Shown one piece after another: positions 12,781 to 26,787 of a DNA stretch of 64,000 bases. The translations under genes were made by a program, and so were the position numbers. The notes under the pieces are model-generated. The model searched no databases and was not told where the DNA came from. It worked only from the letters and a program-made list of their open reading frames with translations. The DNA is taken from contig OX597822.1 in NCBI GenBank assembly GCA_951406725.2, forward strand, positions 72,106,001 through 72,170,000. The letters are read 5' to 3'. The DNA is from Octopus vulgaris (taxonomy: Eukaryota). Numbering within the stretch: the stretch's first letter is position 1; the number at the start of each line of letters is the position of its first letter.

Positions 12781-13424
12781 CATACGACGAGCTTCTTTCA
12801 GTTTCCGTCTACCAAATCCACTCAAAAGGCTTTGGTTGGACCGAGGCTATAGTAGAAGACACTTGCCCAAGGTGCCACGCAGTGGGACTGGATCCGGAAC
12901 CATGTAGTTCGTAAGCAAGCTACTTACCACACAGCCACTCCTACGCCTATAGACTCCTAATAATTATTTCAAATTTTTGCTACAAGGGCAGCTTATTTTG
13001 CTAACAACAACAACAACAACAACAATGATAACAACATCAACAATAGCAATAACAACAACAGCAGCAGCAACGACAACAACAATAACAGTCGCTGCAACGA
13101 CGAAAATAGGTACAGGCCTGGTAGTGCCGTTAAGAAGCTTGTTTACCAACCAAGTGATCTAGCCACAGGGACAGCTTATTTTATCGACCCCGAAAGGATG
13201 AAAGGCAAAATCGACCTCGGCGGAATTTGAACTCAACGTAGCGGCAGGCGAAATACCGCTAAGTATTTCATCCAGCTTGCCGCCTTTATACAACTCTTAA
13301 TGATATTTAATTATAAAAATTCAGTATGGTGTTTATTTTAATACACACCAAATGGTTATAGAGATCCAGTAGAGCAAAATAGGTATCAAAAGGTCCACAG
13401 GTAAAAATTAGTTGAGAAACACTG
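12349..13424. mobile_element. hAT (Charlie-like) MITE interrupted by SINE insertions
   Basis: Ends CAGTGG... and ...GAGAAACACTG; the end sequence is similar to the MITE at 60889-61160. Confidence 0.6.
12481..12947 (-). mobile_element. SINE family B, full length
   Basis: Head GGAGTGGCTGTGTGGTAAG with A/B boxes, internal (TG)n microsatellite, tail (GAGTAAAA)n. Confidence 0.85.
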
Positions 13425-14801
13425 CTCTGTGTCTGGGCAAAGCAATGATCGACACATTTCGAGTTACTTGGTATTGGAACCAGTAACTTGTATCTATATT
13501 AATTTGCTGGCATGTGTTGTGGTGTATAAATATTTGCAGTTATGTGTTACTGTCTTTTGTGATGTTGTGGTGATGGTTTCAGTATTGAATTGGTGTAAGG
13601 AATTCTATGGCAATATCTTCAGTGGTGTGATACTGCTATGTCGATACTGTAGCAATAGTTGTTGTTGTATATTAGTATGTTGATGGTTGTAATGGTGAAA
13701 TGGTGAATGTAGTAAAATTATTTTATCTTTCAGTCAGAGACACTTTGTTTTTTCAAGGTCTCCGAACTGATTGTGGGCTTACGTACAGAGGGCTTACGTG
13801 GAAGTTATCTATGTCATGTCATATATGTAGAATGGAAGAAAGAAATGAGAAAAAAAACTGTTGTTGCTGAGAGAAAGAAAGAGAGATAGGGTGAGAGGGA
13901 GAGAAAGAGATAAAGATAGATAGATAGGGAGTGTTGTCACCATAGTAACTAACACGTTTTGATTCAAAATGCGGGAATTTGAAGAGGAATTGTCATCATA
14001 ATGCAACACTTTACCTATATAACAATCTAATATTAACAGGCAGTATCATGCGAGGGTATGGCATTTCTTCGTCACACTTACATGTGTATATATAATGCAT
14101 ATAGTCCTTTTTTGGGTGTTTGTGTGTGTGTATGTGTGTTTCTCTGTCTTTCAGCATATAGACAACTGTTATTAATCTTCACCAAGAAACCCAATCTAAA
14201 CATTGTTTGAACAATTTATGAAAGGGGACGTGGATGATTAACAAAAATCTTTACCGTCAGCGTAAGGACAGGTAATGACCTTAGGCAATAATAATAACAG
14301 CATCAACAACATCATAATCATCACCATCATCAACATGAAGAACAACAGCAGGAATAACTGTAACGTCATTGAGTATTGAATAGTTGACTTATATTGATTT
14401 ATAACATGTGAGTACGGAAAGTGCAACACCCTTACGGTTAGAAGCCAAACTCCTGATTAATAAATGGTTTGCTGTGAGTTTATCTCGGGCAATTAACATC
14501 ACATGTTATTTCATGGTATAGTAATTCCATTGCAAGGTAATTACATCGCGAGCTCATTGCTATGCTTTTCATCTGCAGAATAAATGCGTTCGCTAAACAT
14601 TATTCAATCTTTTCCTTATTCTTATTATTCACTGAGCAAATACTTCGTATTTCATTGAGAAGGAATAAGAAATTCCAACACACACACACACACACGGAAA
14701 AAAATAAAACAATGATTCTATTCTATGATCTGTGAATTTTTTTAGAAATCAATAAATGACGTAATAACCGGACAATATATCGCCAGTGCAGACGTTCTAC
14801 G

Positions 14802-14888
<87 letters not shown>

Positions 14889-15355
14889 TAACAGAGATAG
14901 TGCAGTGAAAATACAGTGCATCATCCACGAAAATAGATTATTTCAGAGGCATCGCTCATAATTTGTCTTTCAAAAATGTTCCTTCCTTCCCTCAGTCTAT
15001 TACATTTAAATAAAAGAATATTTTTAAAAGAACATCAATTTCTAGACTCCACCCCACCACCACACACACATACGTTGAGTAGATGTGATATTAATAATTT
15101 TTTTGTCTTTGAATAACTTTTCCATTGTTAATGAAAAGTAGTGCATTCATTTATTTACTCTTTAAACTATTATTGTCATTATTTCCTCGTTAGAACGAAT
15201 TAAAATACAGCGAATAAGACAACATTGTGGTTATATTTCTGCTGTAACCAGCGTTAATAATAGAATTCTTACTTAGTTCATTGTCATGCACATAGAAAGT
15301 GAATTTTTTAAAACCATTATTTGAAAATGAAGAATATTTTAATATCCAGCCTTTT

Positions 15356-15491
<136 letters not shown>

Positions 15492-16803
15492 ACATACATA
15501 TATACACTTGTACTTTTACCATGGTGCAGCCGTTTAAAAATCAAACAAGCATATTTTATCCGACATTTTAAAAGTTAAAATTGAAACCTATTCAATTGCT
15601 TCCAGAGAACAAAGTAAGAAAAAAAGTTTCTCTTAATAACTGGCGTTCCGTCGATTACGACGACGGCTGTTCCAGTTGAGTCAATCAATGGAACAGCCTA
15701 CTCGTAAAATTAATATGAAAATGGCTGGATACGGAAGACACGACGTCATGATTACTGCAGCTCCTGGAACTGACACAATATGAGTGACGAGAGAAGGTGA
15801 GACGAATGAATGTGGAATACCTGAGTAGAGGTAGCATAAAAAATCAGCCTGTTCAAAAGAGCAGAAGCCTTTGTAATGGTGGTAGAAAAGGTAGAGTAAA
15901 GAGACAGCATGTCAGTGGTTAGAGGTGTTATACTACGGAACCTAAAAGTAGCCGTGATCGACTAGACCGATGACGAAAGGTGCTCAATCCTCGACTGTCC
16001 CGTTTTCGTCTCCTTATGCAAAGCTACATAGTTCAGGATTGTTTTCTATTTAGGACACTAAGGTTCTGAGTGATTTGAAAGAAGTTTTCTGTTAGATTTG
16101 ATATTTTTAGCCGATCGAACAGTAAAAAGGTTTATGAAATAAATTCTTTCAAATACACAGAAAGCAACCATGAAACAGTTGATAGCTTCTGTTAGACAAG
16201 TGACTTTAAAAACAGTATAGGTTGGTGTTTCAAAGTATATCAGAGTGGTAAGAAAGGGGTGAACAATTTCAGGAAGCTATTTATCTGGAAACAAAGGGTT
16301 TTTCTCTATGAGTGTAGGACAGGTTATACGATGCTTTCGTATGGAGCGCGATATTGCATTGGAGCAACACATGGACCTTGAATCTGAAGGATGATTCAAA
16401 ACTCGAAAGAATAAAGAGCGCATACTCCCAGTGAATATTAGTGCATATGAACGACAGAGCACAAATGAACGGAGAGAAAAATTGGATATAAGAATTAGAT
16501 ATACGAAAGAAGAGACTAACCTGGTACAGACATGTGCCGCATAAGTTGGCTAAAGAAGAACCAAACTAGTTACCAAGTGGAAGAAAATAGCAGGAGAGGA
16601 TACCGAGAAAGATAGGAAAAGAGGTGGTGAAGGCTGATCTCAATATGCTCAATCTCATGAAGGATATAACAGGAAACATCAACAAGTAATGCGCTCTCGC
16701 TGTCTCGAATTCCTTGACGTCTTGAAAGTTAGCATATCATGTGAACATAGAGAAAGGTTGGAAATAATGCAGTATGACGAATCTCGAAATCAGGACTCAA
16801 CGT

Positions 16804-17205
16804 ACTCTCTTTACTCTTTTACTTGTTTCAGTCATTTAACTGTGGCCATGCTGGAGCACCGTCTTTAGTTGAGCAAAATCGACCCCAGGACTTACTCTTT
16901 GTAAGCCTAGTACTTATTCTATCGGTCTCTTTTGCCGAACCACTAAGTTACGGGGGACATAAACACACCAGCATCGGTTGTCAAGCGACGTTGGGGGGGG
17001 GGGGGGACAAACACACACACACACAAACATATACACACACATACACACACATATATATATATACATATATACGACGGGCTTCTTTCAGTTTCCGTCTACC
17101 AAATCCACTCACAAGGCTTTGGTCGGCCCGAGGCTATAGTAGAGGTGCCACGCAGTGGGACTGAACCCGGAACCATGTGGTTCGTAAGCAAGCTACTTAC
17201 CACAC
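16804..17205 (-). mobile_element. SINE family B
   Basis: Highly similar to 12481-12947 with an internal deletion. Confidence 0.85.
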
Positions 17206-17919
17206 AATCACAACTAAGCCTACTGTTTATAGTGAGATATAAAGACTTTCAGTGCAAGGAAGTCATTCTAGAACAGAAATCTATATGTTGGCAGTAGAAG
17301 AAGCCTAAAGTTCTGTGATGAAGGTGTATGATGGAATAGGAATGGTGGGCCTAATTTCAGTTATAAGAGCCATAATCATATTTATGATTCATGGAGAGTT
17401 GATGGGTTAAGATATATATTAGTTCTAATAAATTGTTAATGTTATGTGAAGCTTCGAAAAAAGTTGGGAAAAGATATAAATTCCTAACATGTACAACAAT
17501 ATTATCGTTTAGACAAGAATAAAATTATTTTCCACTGCTTAGAGTTATTGATAGACCGAGCATTAATTGATGTAATTAACCTTATGACATAACCAAAAGA
17601 GGTCAACGATGAAAGTGGAATAACAGAAATGCACAAGGGAAGGAATGGGATTTTTGTGGTTATTTTGCTTATTTCCGCTGATTAATAGATACAAAATGGA
17701 ATTTTTAAAATTGTGCCATGTCTCCTATCAGACAATTAACACAAGGGTAGTAATCATAATACTTGCTGGGGTTATAAGTTTGAATCTGAAATAAAAGAAT
17801 AAAGAAAAAGAAATATTTTTTCCTGCTTAACTATTACTAAGTTTTTAGAATTTGTAGTTAGTGGTAAACCTGTGTAGCACTAATTCGTTGTGAGAAATTC
17901 TCAGCATGAAATAACCAGA

Positions 17920-18014
17920 GGCTAGTGTCTTCTACTATAGCCTCGGGCTGACCAAAGCCTTGTGAGTGGATTTGGTAGACGGAAACTGAGAGAAGCCCGT
18001 TGTCTATCTATCTA

Positions 18015-18110
<96 letters not shown>

Positions 18111-18360
18111 CTATCTATATGTATGTATTTGTGCATACGTATGTATCAATATGTATGTATCTATATGTATGTATTTGGCCTGCCAGCATCGCTTGACAAC
18201 CGATGTTGGTATGTTTACGCCCCTGTACACTAGCGGTTCAGCAAAAGAGACTGATAGGATAAGGATTAGGCATACAAAGATTAAGTCTTGGGGTCGATTT
18301 GCTAGACTAAAGGCGGTGCTCCAGCATGGTCACAGTCAAATGACTGAAACAAGTAAAAAA
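17920..18360 (+). mobile_element. SINE family B, 5' truncated, internal (TATC)n
   Basis: GTGTCTTCTACTATAGCC...GACGGAAACTG...CAGCATGG..GACTGAAACAAGTAAAA. Confidence 0.85.
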
Positions 18361-18792
18361 ATATATATATAAATTCGACACCTCAACAAGAAATGCCAAC
18401 TACGGCTACGGCGTTTATGCTATCCGACGTGCTTGCTCTTCCAGTAGGGCATTTATCAAAATTGCAAGCCGGACTTTTGGGCCGCAGATAGTCGCATTGA
18501 TTTACCAGCTGGAACTTTAGGGCCGACGGTCGTATGTGGTCATCATTGATGAGGAACGCAGTGAACTCGTTGATCGGAACCGGCTCGTCCCACCCCGGGT
18601 AAATTCCACCGCAAGCACAAGTAAATAAGTATTTCGAGAATGCCAAACGATCACATAAAGGTTCTCTCTTTGGCTCGCTTTGTAATATGATGTGGTGTAA
18701 TACTGGGATGGGGCCAATGGCATTGAGTAAGTTAGTAGAACATAAGGTAACAGAACGAAGAATTTGAATGTAGCTTTCGGTATAGTACTTAC

Positions 18793-18902
18793 CCAATCGG
18801 GCATTGTGTGCGTTTCTGGACTTCGATGGTGGTAGTTCAGTACCCATACTGTTAGGACCACAGAAACCGAACACGTAACCATTATACAAGCAAAATATAC
18901 AC
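18793..18902 (-). CDS. CHRNA7-like: alpha7-like nAChR, exon 9 equivalent (M3)
   Basis: Acceptor tatttcag, donor TGG|gtaagt; 110 nt; encodes GVYFACIMVTCSVSVVLTVWVLNYHHRSPETHTMPDW, in frame with the flanking exons. Confidence 0.96.
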
Positions 18903-19176
18903 CTGAAATATATAAAATGTATAGGAAAGCGAAATGATTGGCCGATACATTTAGTAGGAGATAAGCAAGCATTTGGACTGGGAAGATAAACTGAAATGTA
19001 TATATGTAGGTATGTATGTATGTATGTATGTATGTATGTATGTATGTATGTATGTATGTATGTATGTATGTATGTATGTATGAATGTATGTATGTATGTA
19101 TGTATGTATGTATGTATATTTATATATAGATAAACTTACTTGGAAATGGATGCGTTGCGTTCACTCAAATAATAAT

Positions 19177-19236
<60 letters not shown>

Positions 19237-19241
19237 CATAT

Positions 19242-19692
19242 ATGGGTACAGGACGTCACCGGCAGTAAACAACATGACATACAAAAACAAATGAGTTCAA
19301 TACACAAACAACGAGAGAAACAAATGAAAAACAGGACAAGTAACATAAAGAACGGCCCTTTGTCAGTTGTTCGCTGTCTATCTACTCCTAATTTCGAGCA
19401 ATGAACGACAATATGAGTTTTTCGAAAATAGTTGCTCCTATAAGTACCAAAATATTATTTGGGATTTACGGAGGGTAAAAGTTGGGAACAAATTTTATTC
19501 TGGTATTTATGGGAGCAACAGTCTTCGAAGACTCATACTGTCGTTCAATGCTCGAAATGAAAAGTAGATAGCCGGCATGTGATGAAGGTTCGTTGTTTAT
19601 GTCCTGTTTTCCATTTGTTTCTCTTGCTGATTGCATATTGAATTCATTTGTTTTCGTATTTCATGTTGTTTATTGTTGGCGACGTCCTGTAC

Positions 19693-19696
<4 letters not shown>
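19242..19696. repeat. Inverted repeat element with about 200-bp arms, in (TA)n
   Basis: ATGGGTACAGGACGTC...GACGTCCTGTACCCAT termini; arms complementary with a short central spacer. Confidence 0.85.
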
Positions 19697-19762
<66 letters not shown>

Positions 19763-19763
19763 G

Positions 19764-19833
<70 letters not shown>

Positions 19834-19989
19834 TATATATATATATGTATATACACACACACATATATATATATATATGTATATAATTAAAAATATAAAT
19901 AAGGGTATCTAAGAGATACCACCATGCTTCAAATAGCAGTCAAAATCTGACTCTAAAACATCAACTGTTCAATGCAGTATTGAACACTT

Positions 19990-20292
19990 GATGTGGTATT
20001 ATTAGGGCAGCGGAGTCGCGGTCGTAGGATCGGTTTCGATTCCCAGACCGGGCGCTGTGAGTGTTTATTGAGCGAAAACACCTAAAGCTCCACGAGGTTC
20101 TTACAGGGGTGGGGGTGGCGATCCCTGCTGTACTCTTTCGCCACAACTTACTCTCACTCTTTCTTCTGTTGGCCTGCCTGCTTAGCCAGCGGCGTGGCGT
20201 CATTTGAAGGCTAAAACAATGCTAAGCGCATTGTGACCAGCGATGTGTAGCAACATCTGATAGCCTGGTCGGTGACAGTGACGGTGACGGTG

Positions 20293-20293
<1 letters not shown>
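19990..20293 (+). mobile_element. SINE family C
   Basis: Same head and body as 7189; tail ...GATAGCCTGGTCGGTGAC repeats. Confidence 0.8.
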
Positions 20294-20362
<69 letters not shown>

Positions 20363-20507
20363 TTGTTCAATGTTATCTGGATAATAACTTCATAACGTGC
20401 ATTTAAATGCTCTCTCACGATTATCGGCTACCATATGCCATCATACAACCGGGTTATTCTTTATGCCGCGTATATATGTGAAACTCCGTTAGCGTATAGA
20501 ATTTATA

Positions 20508-20703
20508 TTCTTTTATTCTTTTATTTGCTTCAGTCACTTGACTACGGCCATGCTGGAGCACCGCCTTTAGTCGAGCAAATCGACCCCAGGACTTATTCTT
20601 TGTAAGCCTAGTACTTATTCTATCGATCTGTTTTACCGAACTGCTAACTTACGGAGACGTAAACACACCACCATCGGTTGTCAAGTGATGTTGGGTGGAC
20701 AAA

Positions 20704-20744
<41 letters not shown>

Positions 20745-20746
20745 AT

Positions 20747-20777
<31 letters not shown>

Positions 20778-20926
20778 CGACGGGCTTCTTTCAATTTCCG
20801 TCAACCAAATCCACTCACAAGGCTTTGGTCGGCCCAAGGCTATACAAGAAGACACCTGCCCAAGGTTCCACGTAGTGGGACTGAACCCGGAACCATGTGT
20901 TTGGTATGCAAGCTAATTACCACACA
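20508..20926 (-). mobile_element. SINE family B
   Basis: Family B blocks in reverse orientation. Confidence 0.85.
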
Positions 20927-21061
20927 GACAATTATTCAACATGGAAGGTGGAATATACAGCTAACAGCTGTAACCATTGCGCAAAAATAATCGCAGTATT
21001 TCGTTATTAAAGCCTGTTTATTCTATCTTATTGCTGTGTGTGTGTATGTGAGTACGTGCGT

Positions 21062-21098
<37 letters not shown>

Positions 21099-21805
21099 TC
21101 CCCAACCACCTCTTGACAATCGGTGTTGATGAGTTTACGTCCCCGTAAATTGCGGTTCGACAAAAAGAACCCGGCAGAATAAGTACCAGGCTTTACAAAA
21201 AATATAAGTACTAGAGTCGATTTGTTCGACTAAAATTTTTCAAGACGATGATCCAGCATGACCGCAGGTCTAATGACTGAAACAAGTCCCAAAATTAGGG
21301 ATTACTTATTCTGTTGCCTGTTCAAAGCATTTTCACAGGATTATCCCTAACGTCCATTCATATTTTCGAACTGTTAGTTAGAACATGGTTTCTATAATCT
21401 GAGTTATATAAAAACTTTTCCTTCATAAGTTCCAAGTTACCCTAAAAATTGAAGAAAATAGGGTACGTGTATCACATATTATGCATGGACGCCACGGAAA
21501 TTTGTTCTGTGCATCACATGCAATACAGAAGACAGGCAAAGGGTTGGATAGAAATTGTCAGTGTTCAATTGCATTGCATTCTGAGATCTAGAATCGATAA
21601 TGGATTTTTACTTCGATAAAATAAAGTACTATCAGTGAAGTTAATATAACCGGCGGTATACTTTTCCCTAAATGTTTCTCCCTAAAATCACATCTAGAAT
21701 ATTATATTGAAACATTCTAGATTTGAATGGAATAAAATTAAATGAAAACCGTAAACGCTTCACAAAAGGTTTCTCACTTTGTTCCTATGTTAGAAACCAA
21801 AATTG

Positions 21806-22233
21806 ATCCTTTCTACTCTAGGTACAAGGCCTGAAGTTTGTAGGGAGAGGGCCTGTTCGATTAGATCGACCTAGTACGCAACTGGTACTTAATTTATCGA
21901 TCCCGAAAGGCAAAGTCGACCACGGCAGAATTTGAACTCAGAACATAAAGACAGACGAAATACTGCTATGCAATTCGCCCGGCGTGCTAACATGTCTGCC
22001 AGCTTGCCGCCTTTAAATATTCTTTTCTACTGTAGGCACAAGGCCCGAAAAGTTTTGGGGAGGGGTCAGTCGATTAGATCGACCCAGTACCTAAGTGGTA
22101 CTTAATTTACGAACCCTGAAAGGATGAAAGGCTAAGTCGACCACGGCTGAATTTGAACTCAGAACGTAAAGACAGACGAAATACTGCTAAGCCTTTCATC
22201 CAGCGTGCAAACGTTTCTGCCAGCTCGCCGCCT
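21806..22233 (-). mobile_element. Two tandem SINE family A units (alternative tail)
   Basis: Heads AAGGCGGC.AGCTGGCAGA; tails GGCCTTGT.CCTA..GTAGAAA.GA. Confidence 0.85.
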
Positions 22234-22993
22234 TTGAAACCAAGAACTATACGACAGCAATATCCATGACTGAATTATGCTAGACGCAAGCACTAAAGTA
22301 CGAAATATGTCCTATTTCAGCTAGCTGTGCAAAAAACTATACGTATGCATGACCGTGTAGGCAACAAGTTTTTGACTAACCATGGGTCCCCAGGTTCGAG
22401 TCAATCTTGGGTAAATGTTATTTACTGTGGCCTCGAGTGGAGCTAAGCCTTGTCAGCGAACTTGGGTGATTGAAAACTATGTGGAAGCCTTCTTATGGTC
22501 TAGTTTTGTCACATACTGTTTCTAGGTAATTAGGTCAGAAAATTATGTTAAGGGTACGCATGACTTTGGAAGACACACCTACGTGCACATTAATGTAACG
22601 AGTAATATCAAACAATTGATCAAACAACTTGGTGCTTCCTATTAAAGAATATATTTTCTCATTCATTATATACAAGATGGTTTAAATTCATGATTAAAAG
22701 AAATATCTGAACAATTGATAACATCACATTTTTCTCTCTCCCCTCGTACTCTATGTATGTATGTATGTATGTATGTATGTATGTATGTATGTATGTATGT
22801 ATGTATGTATGTATGTATGTATGTATGTATGTATGTATGCATGTATGTATGTATGCATGTATGTATGTATGTATGTGTGTATGTATGTATGTATGTATGT
22901 ATGCATACATTTACATATATATATGTATATGTATATATTGATATATATATATGTGTAAGTATACATGTATTTGTGTGTATGTGTGTGTATATA

Positions 22994-23068
<75 letters not shown>

Positions 23069-23166
23069 GTATATATATGTTTTTATATATATATGTATAT
23101 ATATATATATATATAGATATATATATATATGTATATATATATATATGTATATATACATATGTATAT

Positions 23167-23197
<31 letters not shown>

Positions 23198-24054
23198 CAC
23201 ACATATACATACACATACATATACATATATATATATAATATAATAAAATACATATAATATATTCAAAGGTCAATATTTCAAATGTCAGTGATAACAGTCG
23301 TTTGTTAAAAGTATTCTCATCGGGATATTTGAGATGGAAGTCTTTTTGTATTCCTTATAGAAATTGCTCGCAGTTTCAATGAGGAGGGAAGATTCATAAC
23401 TATTCTTTAAAGCTGAATGCGTTTCCTTGTTGTTTTTTTTCTTCTGAATGCCTGTGCATATATATGCGTAATTATGTGAATTTCTTTTAAATGTGTTGGA
23501 TGTGTTGGTTTGCTAAAAAAAAAAAAAAAATGCCAAATGTTTTATTGTTGACGTCTGTGTGTTTTTGTGAAGCATACGTGAGCGTGAAGTGGTTGCTTGT
23601 ACTTAAAGATGTTTGAAGGCAACTTTGAAATGCTAAGTGTAAACGTACATGTAGTGTTGATTAGTATTAGTTGATGCATGTATTTGTGTATGTGTGTGTA
23701 CGTGTATATATTTGCGTGTGTATGTATGTACATGTATATATATGCGTGTGTGTGTTTGCTTGTAATAAAGTTAGTTTCTGTATATTTTGTATAAAGTGTT
23801 CAAGTGCATACATCAATTTTAGTACACACACACATACACACACAAATAGGCGTGGCTCTGTAGTAAGAGGATCGTTTCACCAACGACATAATTCCAGGTT
23901 CAACCCTATTGCACAGCACCCTGGACTGGCCAAAGTCTTGCGAGTAGATAATGGTAGACGGAAACTGAAAGAAATCAACATTTGGTACTAAATACTGAGG
24001 AATAACTCAACCAAATCTCGCCTTATGAATAGGCAATAATAATTAAGTACCCAT

Positions 24055-24157
<103 letters not shown>

Positions 24158-25769
24158 TGATTGTGTGTTTGTGGGGAGTGAGTGAGTGTCTGAGGGAATG
24201 ATAAGAAGACAGAAAGAAAGAGTGAAACGACAGATTGACAAATAGACAGACTGGCAGACAAACGGACAGGTGAACAGACAAAAAGACAAATTGATAGATG
24301 GCCAGGCAGAAAGACAGATAAAGAGACAGTCATATTGACAGATTGCCAGATAGCTTGATAGAAAGATAGAAAGGCTGATCGTCAGATAGGTTGATTGATA
24401 GATAGAGAGATATAAAGAAGGATTGTCAGGCGTACAAATAAATATATAGACTGATTAATAGCTAGATAGACATTGATAGATAGAAAGCTAGACAAACAGT
24501 CAGACAGACAGACTGACAGACTGACAGAAAGATAGCTAGACAGATGGACAGACTGACTGCTAGACAGATAGGTAGAAAGAAAGCGAATTGAATAGATTGA
24601 TAGACAGATAGATAGAATGATAGATAAATGGATTGATAGACAGATCGATAGGTAGATAAGGAGAGATAGGGATAAACAAACTGACAGATAGATAGGGAGA
24701 AATAGGGATAAGCAAATAGGAAGACAGATAAATGGACAGACAAAAGGACGGACAGACAGATAGATAAATAAACAAACTATATTGGGAAATTTTCTTCAAT
24801 TCTTCATTCTTTAATTATTTCGAATCATTCCAAGAAAGAAAGCAAAAACAAATGCTTAACTAAAATCTAAAATTCGATCAGCTTCCGTAAAATATCGTCG
24901 AAATTTTCAGGTTTATTTTCCTGATAAGATCTATTTGAGATCGAAACCTAATAATTTTTGTTTGAATCCAGTGTTCAAATCGGTTCAAGAAATGCCACTC
25001 ATACGTCAAATGGTCTCGCGAATAATCACAGTTTTAAATCGGCCTCTAAAACTATCATGATTACTGAATTAAATGACCGGATTAGATAAAGCCTAGATGG
25101 AAAGATTCTCACTTCAAATTTGAAATTACGAATTTCGTCCGTACTTCCATTTAGAATTATTTTGACCATTTTTTCCTTTTTTTTTCTGTCTTTTCTTTTT
25201 CGTAAATTATCTCAGCGTGTGGTTTATATAAAAGATAAACTAAATAGTTCAATATTATGGTAATATTGCTAGATTGAGTCGGTTGACACCTCTTGTTCGT
25301 TATCTTCTTTTCACATCTTAACATAAAGAAACCCTATCGCCCGTTTTTATGCTCGCATACGAAAAACAAATAACCAAACTATATTGAAGCAGGCGGATAA
25401 TTAACATGTGTTATTGGTAGAAATATATGGCACAAGAACATGCCAAAGTCGAAAGTATTTAACTGTGACGGTACTAATGATAGTAATTTCTAGCTATGGC
25501 ACAAAGCCATGAATTTAGAGGAAAGATATTAGATTTGATTTAATTTAATCTATACTTGACTGGTGAGGCGGCGAGCTTGCAGAATCGTTAGCACGTTAGT
25601 CACAAAGTTTAGCAGCATTTCTTCCGTCTCTCTACGATCTGAGTTCAAATCCTGCCGAGGTCAACTCTCTCCTTTTGGGGGTCGATAAAATAAAATAATT
25701 GTCCAGTACTAGGGTTGATGAAATCGATTCGTTCTCTACTCCTCAAAATTACTAGGTTCGAATACTACA

Positions 25770-26336
25770 ACGGAGCGGACCCCACGAGAAAAAAATCCGG
25801 GCTAGTGAAGTCTGGGGAAAATGAAGGCCAGTTGACATTGCCGTAGTGGATGATTATTCTCTCTCCAAAGTACAGCCGTAGCAACTGCATTGTTTCTCTT
25901 GCGGTATGAGCAGCTGCCCCATCTTCATGGAACCATGTGTGAGGTCTACTGTAAACGGCTTTCACGTCCCCCAGACTTGACAAGCTTGGATTTTTTCTTG
26001 TGAGGATATCTGAACGAGAGAGTTTATGTCGACAAACCGGAGACCCTGGTCAACTGAAGGAGAACATCAATAGAGAAATCAGAGGAGTGGGGTTTGAAAC
26101 TCTTGAGGGTGTTATGGTGCAAGTTTTGGAAAGAGCACGGGCGTGCGAAGCCGAAAATGGCTGCCATTTAAGCGATGTCATTTTTCATATGTGATGTGGT
26201 AGTGTTGCAAAATTTGGCTTGTGCATATTAATTTCCATTATGTCCTTTATGTTGTATAAAATTTCATGCAATTATTTGTAAAGTTAAATAAGTTATTAAT
26301 GTTGAAACCCATCAGTGACTTTTGGGACACCCTGTA
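25770..26336. mobile_element. Tc1/mariner-superfamily transposase remnant with internal inversion
   Basis: Minus strand: WFHEDGA...WPSFSPDFTSPDFFL. Plus strand: SPDLTSLDFFL*GYL...QLKENI...ENGCHL. Terminus TTTTGGGACACCCTG-TA. Confidence 0.8.
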
Positions 26337-26360
26337 TCAATGACTGTGTGTCCTTGCATA

Positions 26361-26417
<57 letters not shown>

Positions 26418-26633
26418 TGTTTCAGGAAGGACACCGCCTGGAAAGGTTTTAGTCGAACAAATCGACCCCAGAACGTACTTTTTAAAGCCTAGTACTTATT
26501 CTATCGGTTTGTTTTGTCGAAGCGCTGGTTACGGGGACGAAAAGACACCAACACTGATTATCAAGCAGTGATGGTGGCCAGACACATATATAGAGACACA
26601 CACAAACATATATAAATATATATATATATATAA

Positions 26634-26690
<57 letters not shown>

Positions 26691-26724
26691 CATACATACA
26701 TACATACATATAGATATACATACA

Positions 26725-26756
<32 letters not shown>

Positions 26757-26787
26757 CATACATACATACATACATATACATTTACAT

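Noticed and set aside
16000-16720. RTE-like LINE remnant
   Set aside because: Only a faint GRP...V.ADL-like trace; too degraded to call.
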